Source of the DNA: Chiloscyllium plagiosum
Lineage: Eukaryota
Assembly (NCBI RefSeq): GCF_004010195.1
Contig: NC_057720.1
Span: forward strand, 29,610,125-29,664,546
Length of the DNA: 54,422 nucleotides
Reading direction: 5' to 3'
The position numbers and the translations under genes were made by a program. Position 1 is the stretch's first letter. Every line of letters begins with the position of its first letter. Below, piece after piece: positions 23,998-36,534 of this stretch. The notes beneath the pieces are model-generated. The model did not search any database. It saw only the letters and a list, made by a program, of their open reading frames with translations, and had not been told where the DNA came from.

Positions 23998-24064
23998 TCT
24001 GTTCTTAATCTTCTCCTCTTCAAGGAAAACAGTCCTAGCTTCACGAATCTATCTGCATAACTTT

Positions 24065-24396
24065 GGGGTAGCATGGTAGTTCAATGGTTAGCACTACTAC
24101 CACATGGCACCAGGGTTCAATTCCAGCCTTGGGTGGACTGTTTGTGTGGAATTTGCACATTCTCCCTGTGCTTCTGTGAGTTTCCTCCCACAGTCCAAAG
24201 ATGTGTAGGTTAGGTGGACTGGACATGCTAAATTGCCCAAAGAGTCTAGAGATGTCTAGGTCAGGTGGATTAGCCAAGGGAAATGTAGGGTTAAAGGGAT
24301 AGGTTGAGGGAGTGAGTCTGGGCAGGATGCTCTCCAGAAAGTTACTGAGGACTTGTTGGGTTGAATGGCCTGTTTCCACACTGTAAGGATTTTATG
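24065..24396 (+). mobile_element. HE1-type V-SINE
   Basis: A/B boxes, V-domain, CR1-like tail. Confidence 0.88.
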
Positions 24397-24669
24397 AAAA
24401 ACTGTTTTTTTTGTGCCTGAGCTCCCAATTTTGTATTGCCTCTAATGCATTCACATCCTTCCCAAAGTGTTGCACCCAGCGTGTACAGAATACTTCATCT
24501 GAGGTCTAACTAACGTCTTATATGGGATCAGTATTACATCCCTTTTCTTGTACTCCAGGATCTTATTAATGAAGTTTCAAATACTGTTTGCTTTATTACC
24601 TGCTATCTTTAGAATACTGCCCTCAAATATGTTGTATCTCCATGTTCTTTCTCCCAAAATATATCCTTT

Positions 24670-26278
24670 AAGAATGTAGGCAAATAGATGGCGATATCTT
24701 GAAAAATGTCCATATTACAGAGAAAATTCCCAGGACCTGATCAATTGTACCCTAGAACTCTGTGGGAAGCTAAGAAAGTGACTGCTGGGCCTCTTGCTGA
24801 GATATTTGGATCATTGAAAGTCACAGTTGAGGTGCCGGAAGACTGGAGGTTGGCTAACGTGGTGCCACTATTTAAGAAAGATGGTAAGGACAACCTTGGG
24901 AACTGTAGACCAGTGAGCCTGACATCGGTGGTAGGCAAGTTGTTGGAGGAAATCCTGAGGGACAAGATGTATATGTATTTGGAAAGGACTGATTATGACT
25001 AGTCAACATGGCTTTGTGCATGGGAAATCGTGTCTCACAAACTTGATTGAGTTGTTTGAAGAAGTAACAAAGAAGATTGGTGAGGGCAGAGCAGTAGACG
25101 TGATCTATGTAGACCTCAGTAAGGTATTCAACAAGGTTCCCCTTCGGAGACTGATTGGTAAGGTTAGATCTCATGGGATACAGGGTGAACGATTTGGATA
25201 TAGAATTGGCTGAAAGGTAGAAGACAGAGGATGGTGGTGGAGGGTTGTTTTTCAGACTGGAGGCCTGTGACCAGTGGAGTGTCACAAGCATCAGTACTGG
25301 GTCCACTACTTTTCATCATTTATATAAATGATTTGGATGTGAGCATAAGAGGTACAGTTAGTAAGTTTGCAGATGACACTAAAATTGGAGGTGTAGTGGA
25401 CAGCGAAGAAGGTTACCTCGGATTACAGCAGAATCTTGATCAGATGGGCCAATTGGCTGAGGAGTGGCAGATGGAGCTTAATTTAGATAAATGTGAGGTG
25501 CTGCATTTTGAGAAAGCAAATCAGAGCAGGACTCATACACTTAATGGTAAGGTCCTAGCGAGTGTTGCTGAACAAAGAGACCTTGGAATGCAGGTTCATT
25601 GCTCCTTGAAAGTAGAGTCACAGGTGGATAGGATAGTGAAGAAGGTATTTGGTATGCTTTCCTTTATTGGTCAGAGAATTGAGTACAGGAGTTAGGAGGT
25701 CATGTTGCGGCTGTACAGGACATTGGTTAGGCCACTGTTGAAATATTGCGTGCAATTCCGATAGGAAGGATGTTGTGAAACTTGAAAGGGTTCAGAAAAG
25801 ATTTACAAGGATGTTGCCAGGGTTGGAGGATTTGCGCTATAGGGAGATCTTGAATAGACAAAGGCCATTTTCCCTGGAGTGTCGGAGGCTGAGGGGTGAC
25901 CTCATAGAGGTTTATAAAATCATGAGGGGCATGGATGGGATAAATAGACAAATAGACAAAGACTCCCTGGGGTTGGGGAGTCCAGAACTAGAGGGCATAG
26001 GTTTAGGGTGAGAGGGGAAAGATATAAAAGAGACCTAAGAAGCAATATTTTCACACAGAGGATGATATATGTGTGGAATGGGCTGCCAGAGGAAGTGATA
26101 GAGGCTGGTACAATTGCAACATTTAAATGGCATTTGGATGGGTATATGAATAAGAAGGGTTTAGAGGGATATGGGTTGGATGCTGGCAGATTGGGTTGGG
26201 ATATCTGGTTGGCATGGATGAGTTGGACCAAAGTACCTGTTTCCATGCTGTACATTTCTGTGACTGTATGACTCTATC
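24670..26278 (+). mobile_element. CR1 (HER1-type) LINE, 5'-truncated
   Basis: ORFs 24706-26271 including SKFADDTKIGGVVD; tail gactgtatgactcta. Confidence 0.95.
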
Positions 26279-26301
26279 TGATGCTTCTTGACATTGAACT
26301 T

Positions 26302-26337
26302 CACCTACAACAATCCACCTACAACAATCCACCTACA
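26302..26337 (+). repeat. 14-bp tandem repeat, ~2.6 copies
   Basis: cacctacaacaatc cacctacaacaatc cacctaca. Confidence 0.85.
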
Positions 26338-26979
26338 CTATCAACATCCTTTTTATATACCATCCTGTCCTCTTTACAGTCTACAATGCATCCAAGTTTT
26401 GAACAACCTGCAAACTTTGAAATTGGCCCCTGCACCCAAAGATCTAAGTCATTCATATATATCAGGAAAATTAAGTGACTTCGTAAGGATCCCTAAGATG
26501 TGTCTCCACAAACGTTCCTCCAATCTGAGAGATATTCATTAAGCATTACTGTCTGTTTCATATCACTCGGGTAATGGTGTATTCATGTTGCTACATGTTT
26601 TTTATTCCATGAACTCTAACTTTGTCTCAGGTTTATTACACTGAATTGTATCAAATGCCTTTTGGAAGTCTCTGTACCTTACATTAGCTGCATTACTCTC
26701 TCCTGCATCTATGTAATTTCTTCAAAATACTCAAGAAATTTAGTTAAACACTATTTTCTCCTATGAAATTCATGCTGGCTCTCCTTAATTAACCCACATT
26801 TGTCCATGAGACTATTAATTGTTATCTCTACAAAATTCCCCTCTAGCAAAGTTAAACTGACCGATCTGTAATGGCTGGACTTATTCTTATAATCTTTGTG
26901 AACAAGGGTGTACTTTTTGCAATTCTCCAGTCTGCCATTCACAGGAACGGAGCACCAGCAGTTTTGCTGGGATTGTACT

Positions 26980-27272
26980 TTTTTTTATTCATTTGTGGGA
27001 CTTGGGCACTGCTGACCAGCCCGCATTGATAGCCCATCCCTATTTGCCCTTGAGAAGGTGGTGGTGAGCTGCCTTCTTGTATCGCTGCAGTCCACTTGCT
27101 GTGGGATGACTCACAATCTTGTTAGGGAGGGCATCTCAGGACTTTGACCCAATGACTGTGAAGGAATGGCAGTATATTTCCAAGTCAGGGTGACGAATGG
27201 CTTGGAGGGGAACTTGCAGGTGGTGGTGTTCCCATGTACCTGATGCCCTTGTCCTTCTAGATGGAAGTGGTG
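26980..27272 (-). mobile_element. LINE 3' end (family of 18630-20031)
   Basis: Homologous to 18635-18905; shares the tail with the second SINE family. Confidence 0.7.
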
Positions 27273-29539
27273 AAATTGTAACAAATTCTGTCATAGACCA
27301 AATCTAAATTCTCAGGCTGAGGCTAAAGGATAGTGCACCTGAGAGTGCACCTACCAGTTGACCCAACTGAATGTGCTGGAAGTGCTGGCAAAGACTATCA
27401 AGCTGCAGTCAAGCAGCAAGAAGTAAGAAACGAATGTGCCAAATTCACCTCACCCGGACATTGCTGAGTGTTAGTGGGCTGGCTCTTGTAGGAGGAAGCT
27501 AGTTTGAAATACTAGCTTTAAAACATAAAGAAAATCATCTACTCATCTTCACTGCATTTTTCAATAGTCTTGCTAGACCTCTTCTACCCTAGTATTAAAA
27601 AGGTAAGTGTGACCAGGGGTCTCATTTTTGCCATGTAAGTGGGAACCAAGAATGGAGTATGTCTTTGTATTGGTAACCTGCACTCAGTGGGAAACTGACT
27701 GAAGTCCAGACTTTCAGACATTAATTATGAGTCAGACAATTTCTGTCCAATTAAAGCTGGTGGGGGCTAGAATGGAGACAGATTTCAGGCATCTCTGGCA
27801 ATCACCCATAAGACCATAAAAAGTTGGAGCAGATGTAAGCCATTCAGCCCATCAAGTCTGCTTTGCCATTCAATTAATTCAAGATTCCCTGAGGCAGCTG
27901 GTTGCCCTGAAAGAGCTTGAGAAATTGTGCCAAAGCCATTCACATTTTTTATATCAATTTGTCACAGTGGATAAGGCCTCAGATAGAAAGATTCAGAAAT
28001 TCAAAGTTTACCATTGAGTTTTCATGTCTATAAGAGCGTGCTAATGTCAGTAGAGTGGCTTATGATGTGACAAATTGGATGAAAGAGGTCAACCAGCAAA
28101 TCTAACAACCTCCACCTTTTGCATCTTTCCGCACCGCTGCAGAATGCTAACCCACAAAACAGGAGCTTGTTGAGTTGTTTATTATATAATGAATAACCTT
28201 GGGTATCCATTCAAATTGCCAATGCTTTCGATAGAACCATAGAATTTGACAGCACAAAGTGAATCTGCTTATGCATCACAAAAAGAAGAGAATACAGATA
28301 AAAATAACAGAATATTCTCTATCTTGAGATGAGGCACAAATAACAAACGTCCAAGAGAGAATAAAATGGAATGTCTTGCAAGATTCTTGTTATTACCAAT
28401 GAAGTATTGCTTTTATTAATTTTTAAAGACCCGATAGATTTTGTTAAGGAAAGATGTGCATAGATAACAATTTATTGAGTCGTTAGTAGCATGCAATCTC
28501 CATCCAGTCCAGCCACAGTTACATTTCAGACAGAAAAAGCTTTTGATCAGGTAAAGTGAAGATAAATACATTACACTGTGATGTTCTGGTTTGGAGACAT
28601 CTTCTTACTGTGTATTTAATTGCTAAATTCAAATTCGTGGCCTCAGTGGGAAGCTGCATCATTTCAGTTCTACCCCTTACTGTAGTGTGAAACCTAGAAG
28701 AGCTAGTGTTGTTCCCCACTTTCTGGGGTTATTAGTAGCAATGATTGGAGAAATATTAATAAAAGTAACTGCAGGTAGGATTGAAATTTCTGTTTTTTAT
28801 AATAGCAGAAAAAGACTCACGTGTGCATGCTTGTACGCATTCACAAAAGAAGGTAATCACCGTAAAAGTGTATTATTTTTACATCCAATTTCCACTGGTC
28901 TTTTTTTTTGTTTCCACTTATTAATGTGCTTCAGGAGGATTGGTATCTAAAATCAGAGCAGTTGCCAGATTTCTGGCCATAATGTGTGTTATGCATGCAA
29001 TTTGGTGCGATTCAAAATAGCTCTTCTGAAAACAGGCCAAATTACCAGTTTAATATGTTAATTTAATTGCAATAAATTGTACTGAGTGGCCATGAAACTT
29101 AATAGTTTTGATTCTGGGGTGTGCTCAGTGTTGATCGCTCCATTACAAAATGTGCATTTGTGGTTACTTAATTCTGCACTGAAAGCAGTAAAAATTTAAA
29201 AGGGAACAGATTAAATTGGATTAGCACTTTTGAAGTTTATGCAATTAAAGAAGTTTAACAGTGGTGGAGGGCGTGGTTGTGTTTTATTTAGAAACTTCTT
29301 ATATTTTCACTGCTTATTGTGCTGATCTGATTGAAATTTGGATCATGGGTGTCACAATGGGAAATGCCCTATATAAGGTAAGTAGGGAAAGAATAGCATA
29401 AAGCAGCAAGACAAGGAACAATGCATCAGAATGCATTGCCCACACCTGCTATTACTTTTGAAGTTAGTTTTACCATAAAAGTGCGGTTCTCTAGATTTGT
29501 CATTGGAGACTGTGATTCGCCAAACAGGCTGTTACAACA

Positions 29540-30680
29540 TACTGAAATAAAAACAGAAAATATTTTCTGGTAAGTCTGGAGGTATTTGTGGAAAGAAGAA
29601 CAGAATTAAACTTTTACATCAATGATTTTTCACCCGAACTTGAAAAGGTTAGAGATGTAACCAGAGAAAAGGAAATTCAGGTGGTTGAGGGGGGAATAGT
29701 TGTCTGAAAGAATGAAGAAGTAAAGAGAAGCCTGTGATGGAGTGCCAGAGAGAGACTGAATGACAAAATTGATGATGGTACAAAACAAAACAGAATGGTA
29801 ATGGGACATGTAAAGAAATTTCCATTCAAGGTGTACGTAGGAAAAGCAGAATCGTTGCTAACATCTTCTGTCTAAAACTAAAGAACAATGGGAATCAAAA
29901 TTATGATCGCAAGCTCAATTGCTGAGTACAGAAGGTTGTAAACTGTCTAACTGAAACATATGATGCTGTTCCTTGTAGTGTAGGATACTCAGAACGGAAA
30001 GGTCAGATTAGGAGTGGGGTGAACAATTCAGTTGGTAGATAACTAGAAGCTCTGGGATACATTTGCTGATTGAACGGAGGTGAAAAATGGGCATTTAATC
30101 TGTATTTGGTCTCCCCAGTGTGAAGAAGACCACATTGTGAGCAGCTCATATATTGTACTAAATTGTAAAAGAGCAAAGTAAATTGTTGTTTTTCCTGGAT
30201 GGAGAGTTTGGGGCTATAAACATTGAAAGGGAGGAGCTGAAAGAGATATTGCATATTCTACATTTGTATGAAAGGTGCTATGGAAAGAATAGATGTTGAA
30301 AGTGATTGAATAGTAGACCAGGATATGACAAAGGAACTCCTTCCTTCAGAATACAGGAAGAAGAGAAGAGAGATTGATGTGTTTGGTAGCAGCATCAGAT
30401 TGGAGGTAAAAATGACATGAAATTTCAGCTTCCATAAATATCTCTTGGCCATGGAGGCTGGTGAGTGAAAGATGAGGACAAAGGGTTAATATGACTCTGC
30501 GAGGTAGGGGAAAGGGTACGATTAGAAGCAGGCTTATTGGAATGGAAAAACTTCAAATCTGCTAAATGTCTAGCACTTTCCAGTTCTGAAGAAAGTTTAT
30601 CAAGGTGAAACACTAAACCTAGCAGCCATGGCCTGCATACTGTTCCCCAGAAGTACCTGCAGCAGGGCCATTTTGCCATA
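29540..30680 (-). mobile_element. Old PLE 3' half (GIY-YIG + pLTR)
   Basis: ORF 30003-30254 NLVQYMSCSQCGLLHTGETKYRLNAHF is a degenerate GIY-YIG (N.VY.I.C..C...YIGET.R.L); pLTR-like sequence at 29540-29640. Confidence 0.7.
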
Positions 30681-30710
30681 AGTAGGAAGAGTGGGGGTAG
30701 CAGAACTATG

Positions 30711-30731
30711 CACACACACACACACACACAC
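30711..30731 (+). repeat. (CA)n microsatellite
   Basis: About 10 CA units. Confidence 0.95.
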
Positions 30732-31419
30732 CCAGTTAGAATTGTCAAGGATCATTTGAAGCTGACTGAAGGAGACAGACTGGGATTTTCCATTTTGAAA
30801 TACCTTCTCCTCACATGCCATGGTATCCTGCTGCAGCTTTGTCAAGCTAGAGGGCCTCCACTTTAAGAGCTCAGTTGCCACTCTTATTTAATGATTCTCT
30901 AGTCATGAATGAGGAAAATTACAATGAGTAACCCACAAAGGGAGGATGTCTACCCTTCTTTGAGCCTGGTAGTGGGGCACAGAAGTTTGCAGCAAAACTC
31001 TAGTCCATTATCTCTTCTCCTCTCTCCACAAATATTTCCCATCTCTTGAGTAATTCCTATATTTGTGTTTTTATTTCAGAGTTCCAACATCTTTCCTTTT
31101 TCCTTTTGTCATAGAGATCTATTGCATTCTGGACCTAATTCTCATCCAAACACTACTAAATATGGCACTATCAGTTGCTGTCATGGTAACAGCTTTACAG
31201 TTCAGTTAACAGTGCAACAGGGAACACCAGTAAACTTGGTCAACCTGCAGTCTATAAATGTTTTAATTAAGTGATAAGGCCTTTTTACCAGAGCAAGGCG
31301 CTTATCCACAGTCACCTGCAACAATGTGAAATGATTTTGCCCTTTTTCCAAATGGCAGGATTCCATTAGGAATCAATTAATGGGTTTTATTGTAATTCTA
31401 CATACTGCAGCACACAATG

Positions 31420-31779
31420 ATGGCACGGTGGCTCAGTGGTTAACACTACTGCTTCACAGCGCCATGGACCCAGGTTTGATTCCAACATTGGGTGACTGTC
31501 TGTGTGGAGTTTGCATGTTCTCCCTTTGTCTACAGGGGTATCTGCCAGGTGCTCCTATTTCCTCCCACAGTCCAAAGATATGCAGGTTAGGTGGATTGGC
31601 CATGCTAAATTGCCCCATAGTATTCAGGGATGAGCCAGTTAGTGGGATAGCCATAGAAAATGCAGGGTTACAGGGATTGGGTAAGGGAATGGGTTTGGGT
31701 GGGATGCTCTTCAGGCGGTCGGTGTGGACCTATTGGGCTGAATGGCCTTTTTCCACACTGGAGGGATTCTATTCTATTC
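31420..31779 (+). mobile_element. HE1-type V-SINE
   Basis: ggcacggtggctcagtggtt, ggtttgattcc, V-domain, tail (attct)n. Confidence 0.9.
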
Positions 31780-32340
31780 ATTCGTGAACTGCAAGGTTTA
31801 ATATTCAATCAAACACAGATTCCAAGACAATATCTGAGTCTCAATGACAGCCATAATGCATTTATTTAGAGCAATCCATCATGTCCTATCCTTTTGGCCA
31901 ATAAGATTCAGAAATGAAGGCCACTTACAGAAACTCTGCTTCAGGATACTTTTCCCAAAGCTGCAAACAACAAAGTGTATTACACTAGTAGAATTATTAT
32001 ATAGAACAAAGGTTATTCACCACAGCAGGATTGATCTCCCCTGTTCCATTCTTATCTATCCTGGCACAGCTAAAGAGTGTCAGGGAACAACTGTCTTCGC
32101 TCGCCATATACAATTTGCTGCAAAGTTCTCAAGGATCTATCATTGATTCTAATGTTCTCCTGTCCGGCCTCTTTTCTTCCATCTCACATAAAGTGGAATT
32201 TTTCCAAAACCCTGGTATCTTTATACAAATCCATATTGAATTCTATTCACACATCTCCTTCATATTTACTGTGTTGTTTTAAATTTCTTCCATTGTGTCC
32301 TACCTTCCTTTCTCTGTAATCTTCATCAGCTCAACAATCT

Positions 32341-32573
32341 GGATGTAGGTTTGCTCGCTGAACTGCAAGGGTCATTTCCAGATGTTTCGTCACCCTACTA
32401 GGTAACATCTTCAGTGGGCCTCAGGCAAAGCAATGCTGAAAATTCCTAGTTTGTTACCTAGATATTACCTAGTCGGGTAATGAAATGTCTGGAAATGAAC
32501 CTTGCAGTTCAGTGAGCAAACCTACATCTAAAACCTCAACCTGAGCTACAAATCTTCTCAAAACTCGCTAAGG
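32341..32573. mobile_element. PLE family B fold-back mini-insert, 10-bp TSD
   Basis: TSD tcaacaatct at 32331-32340 and 32574-32583; inverted arms ~32342-32409 and ~32461-32528. Confidence 0.85.
32378..32417 (-). ncRNA. Hammerhead ribozyme motif (family B), near-intact
   Basis: cca CTGAAGA t GTTACC tagtag GGTGAC GAAAC ATC tgg. Confidence 0.75.
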
Positions 32574-33777
32574 TCAACAATCTTCCAGTGCCAACATATT
32601 CTTTTAGTTTTGGCCCTTTTTGCACAGTCCCTTAAGACTCAAATCCTAAAATATGGGATTTCTTCACTCTTTGCACCTCTTTACCTCTTTATGACCCTTA
32701 CATTAAACTATTATTGGACCAAGCATATTGTACATTCTCTTCAATAGTTTGACATTAATCTTGTCTACAAATGCAAACCCCCTCTTTTCTGTATCTAAAG
32801 GTTCCAGCCCAGATATCAATGGCAAACTACAGCTTGGATAGTGTGCCACTTAATGTTTTTTTCACTTTATTAGACTACTAAGCAATAATACATAATCACA
32901 ATGATTTTGGTTGTTTAGAGATCACCCTGACCAGACTGTGTATTAGACGGTCAATTCATCAATAGTTTTCTTGGCATATCTTCTAGGGCAAGTGACCAAT
33001 CTGCTGTACCTGGACTGCAGTGGTAAGCTGTTTAATAAAGTCTTATCTTTACATCCTTTCTTTTGCTATGAATATGCCATATAAGGCATTATCTGGTTTT
33101 GGCCCATTTAATTGGTTTTCAGTTAGTCACTATCCTGTTGGAAGCCATCAGAGATGTACATGCTCGGGGCCTCTTTCAAAGCTCTATTTAAATAAACATG
33201 GGCTTCTTTCTGAGATGTTTTCTCAAGCTCCCTCATCCCTTCAATACTGGAGTGAAGGGGACATCTTTATAGTCTCAGGAACAATGAACTACAGTATTCA
33301 CGCAGCTTCAGCATTGATTTTGCAGACTTTTGGTAAAGATCTCTGGATCTTCCCAATCTTCCTTCCTGTTCTCATACCCATGATTGTGGGTTTTGATCAA
33401 AGTATCAATTTCTCCTTAGATACACATCCCACCACCATGAGACAAAGTCAGCACTCTGAACTTCACCACAACCAGTTTGCATTCATTAATAGGAAAGAAA
33501 TAGGAGTTTGTTTATATGGTTCAAAGTGACTAATACAATACAATCGTAAATAGTGCTTACACAAGTGCCTTGGATGTTTACTATACTGAAGATGCTATAT
33601 AAATGTAAGTTATTGTTATAGTAAATGCAATATACCATATTTCATAAGCTATTTCATACTAATCTGTGCTGAAAAGTGAAATAGTATCTGACTTTTCTTT
33701 TCTGTATTAATTTTCTTATATTAACATAATCATTGCTGTCTTCAGTTTAGCACTGTAATCAAATTCAAATTAATGAT

Positions 33778-33904
33778 TATGGTATATTTATATACCAACT
33801 CTAAACAAAATAAATTGTAATCTTTCATATTTAAATTGTACTATGGTACATTTATATCCCAACCTCAACAAAATAAATTGCAATCTTTCATTTTCAGCTT
33901 GTAC
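33778..33904 (+). repeat. Diverged ~64-bp tandem duplication
   Basis: tatggta(t/c)atttatat..aacaaaataaattg(t/c)aatctttcat..ttgtac occurs twice. Confidence 0.85.
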
Positions 33905-34509
33905 CAGCAACATCATGTAATTTCTCAAGTTTTTATCTCTCATACTAACTGGAATATAACCTTTCACAAGTAGATCAAATATCATTTAAGACAGCAGCAA
34001 TATATTAATTAAAAAGTGAACCATGTGTTAAATCCTATATTAAGAGTGAATTATTGCAAACATATTGAGCACAGTTGAAATTGCAGAAAATGGCAGTTTG
34101 GCATATTTCTGTCAGCTCCGCTATTTCAAAATTGGCTTAACCCTTAGCCATTGACAGCTCTTGGGAATTCCAGTCTCCTGTGGCCAACAAATGTTATAAG
34201 TTTTCAGATCACACACGGTGATGCTGAAAATTATGTTTGCATTACTCAAGCAAATATATTTAAATATCAAAAATATTTCTGCAACATTATCTATATCAAA
34301 CTATTACTAAAAATTGTCAATAAAACGTGAAAAGTAACCATCTTCGGTCTGCTCTACTCTGCCATCTATTTTTCCCTTTTTTTATTTTAACATATTTTGT
34401 TTCCAGTAGTCGGAATAATCTATTCCATTTTACCTTTGTCAATGATTCAACACTTCTTTTCATTTGTGTTTCACTGTCTAGACCTATATTATTGTCCATC
34501 ACAAATTGC

Positions 34510-36515
34510 TCTTGAAAGGATTGAGGTTAGTTACGAGCAGGTGTTCTCAATTCTAGAAGGAGTGAAAGTAGACAAGTCCCCTGGCCAGATGGGATTTATC
34601 CGAGGATTCTCTGGGAAGATGGGAAGGAGATAGCAGAGCCTTTGGCTTTGATATTTGAGTCGTCATTGTCTACAGATTTAGTACCAGAGGATTGGAGGAT
34701 TGCAAATGTTGTGCTCTTGTTCAAGAAGGGCAGTAGAGATGACCCAGGTAATTATAGAACAGTGAGCCTTACTTCTGTTTAGGAAAGGTTTTGGAAAGGA
34801 TTATAAGAGATAAGATCTATAATCATTTAGTAAGCAACAGTTTGATTTCAGAAAGTCAACATGGTTTTGTCAAGGCAGGTCGTGTCTCACAAACCACATT
34901 GAGTTTTTTGAGAAGGTGACCAAGCATGTAGATGAGGGTAGGGCAGTTGATGTGGTGTACATGGAGCCTTTGATAAGGTTCCACATGGTAGGCTGTTGGA
35001 GAAAATGCAGAGGCATGGGATTGAGGATGATTTAGCAGTTTGGATTAGAAACTGGCTTTCTGAATGAAGGCAGCGAGTAGTGGTTGATGGAAAATATTCA
35101 GCCTGGAGTCCAGTTACTAGTGATGTGCCACAAGGATCTGTTTTGGGATCACTGCTGTGTGTCATTTTTATAAATGACTTAGATGCAGGCATAGGATGGA
35201 TTAGTAAATTTATAGATGACACTAAAGTCAGTGGAGTACTGGACAGTNNNNNNNNNNNNNNNNNNNNNNNNNNNNNNNNNNNNNNNNNNNNNNNNNNNNN
35301 NNNNNNNNNNNNNNNNNNNNNNNNNNNNNNNNNNNNNNNNNNNNNNNNNNNNNNNNNNNNNNNNNNNNNNNNNNNNNNNNNNNNNNNNNNNNNNNNNNNN
35401 NNNNNNNNNNNNNNNNNNNNNNNNNNNNNNNNNNNNNNNNNNNNNNNNNNNNNNNNNNNNNNNNNNNNNNNNNNNNNNNNNNNNNNNNNNNNNNNNNNNN
35501 NNNNNNNNNNNNNNNNNNNNNNNNNNNNNNNNNNNNNNNNNNNNNNNNNNNNNNNNNNNNNNNNNNNNNNNNNNNNNNNNNNNNNNNNNNNNNNNNNNNN
35601 NNNNNNNNNNNNNNNNNNNNNNNNNNNNNNNNNNNNNNNNNNNNNNNNNNNNNNNNNNNNNNNNNNNNNNNNNNNNNNNNNNNNNNNNNNNNNNNNNNNN
35701 NNNNNNNNNNNNNNNNNNNNNNNNNNNNNNNNNNNNNNNNNNNNNNNNNNNNNNNNNNNNNNNNNNNNNNNNNNNNNNNNNNNNNNNNNNNNNNNNNNNN
35801 NNNNNNNNNNNNNNNNNNNNNNNNNNNNNNNNNNNNNNNNNNNNNNNNNNNNNNNNNNNNNNNNNNNNNNNNNNNNNNNNNNNNNNNNNNNNNNNNNNNN
35901 NNNNNNNNNNNNNNNNNNNNNNNNNNNNNNNNNNNNNNNNNNNNNNNNNNNNNNNNNNNNNNNNNNNNNNNNNNNNNNNNNNNNNNNNNNNNNNNNNNNN
36001 NNNNNNNNNNNNNNNNNNNNNNNNNNNNNNNNNNNNNNNNNNNNNNNNNNNNNNNNNNNNNNNNNNNNNNNNNNNNNNNNNNNNNNNNNNNNNNNNNNNN
36101 NNNNNNNAAGCATTGGCAAAGATACAGAGGAGATTTACCAGGATGTTGCCTGGTCTGGAGGGAAGGTCTTATGGGAAAAGACTGAGAGACTTAGGTCTGT
36201 TCTCATTGGAAAGAAGAAGGCTAAGAGGGAATTTGATAGAGACATACAAGACAATCAGAGGATTAGACTGGGTAGACAGTGAAAGTCTTTTTCCTAGGCT
36301 GATGACGTCAGCTTGTATGAGGGGGCATAACTACAAATTGAGGGCGATAGATTTAAGACAGAGTCAGATCTCAGATCTCAGAGAGTGGTAAGGGCGTGGA
36401 ATTCTCTACCTGCCAATGTAGTTAACTCAGCCACATGGATGATGATGGGATAGTGTAGGGGGATGAGCTGAGAATTGTTCTATGTTCTATGTATTTTTCT
36501 ATGTTCTATGTTCCT
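34510..36515 (+). mobile_element. CR1 LINE spanning the second gap (TGTTCTA tail family)
   Basis: VPQGSVLGSLL..SKFIDDTK before the gap; RRFTRMLPGLEG..RRRLRGNLIETYK after; tail tgttctatg. Confidence 0.92.
35248..36107. other. Assembly gap (860 N)
   Basis: Run of N. Confidence 1.
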
Positions 36516-36534
36516 TCTGTGGACAACATAAAAA

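Larger units (their letters stand above)
23495..26940 (-). mobile_element. Old CR1 LINE hosting a PLE mini-insert, an HE1 SINE and a younger CR1
   Basis: 3' UTR near 23500-23650; ORF 26751-26942 HYRSVSLT..GLIKESQHEF; collinear pieces at 24400-24660 and 26280-26940. Confidence 0.7.

Noticed and set aside
28680..29540. AT-rich stretch with homeobox-like motifs, possibly an old DNA transposon or conserved element
   Set aside because: No terminal repeats, TSD or coding motif could be pinned down.
3634..31779. tRNA-like A/B boxes at several sites
   Set aside because: They are SINE heads with no complete cloverleaf, so not tRNA genes.
33020..33529. 169-aa ORF
   Set aside because: Non-ATG start, no recognisable domain or splice context; probably a chance ORF.
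34887..36391. Longest listed ORFs (391-410 aa) and the 180-aa ORF at 20019-20561
   Set aside because: They are mostly X from assembly gaps; the real flanks are retroelement fragments.
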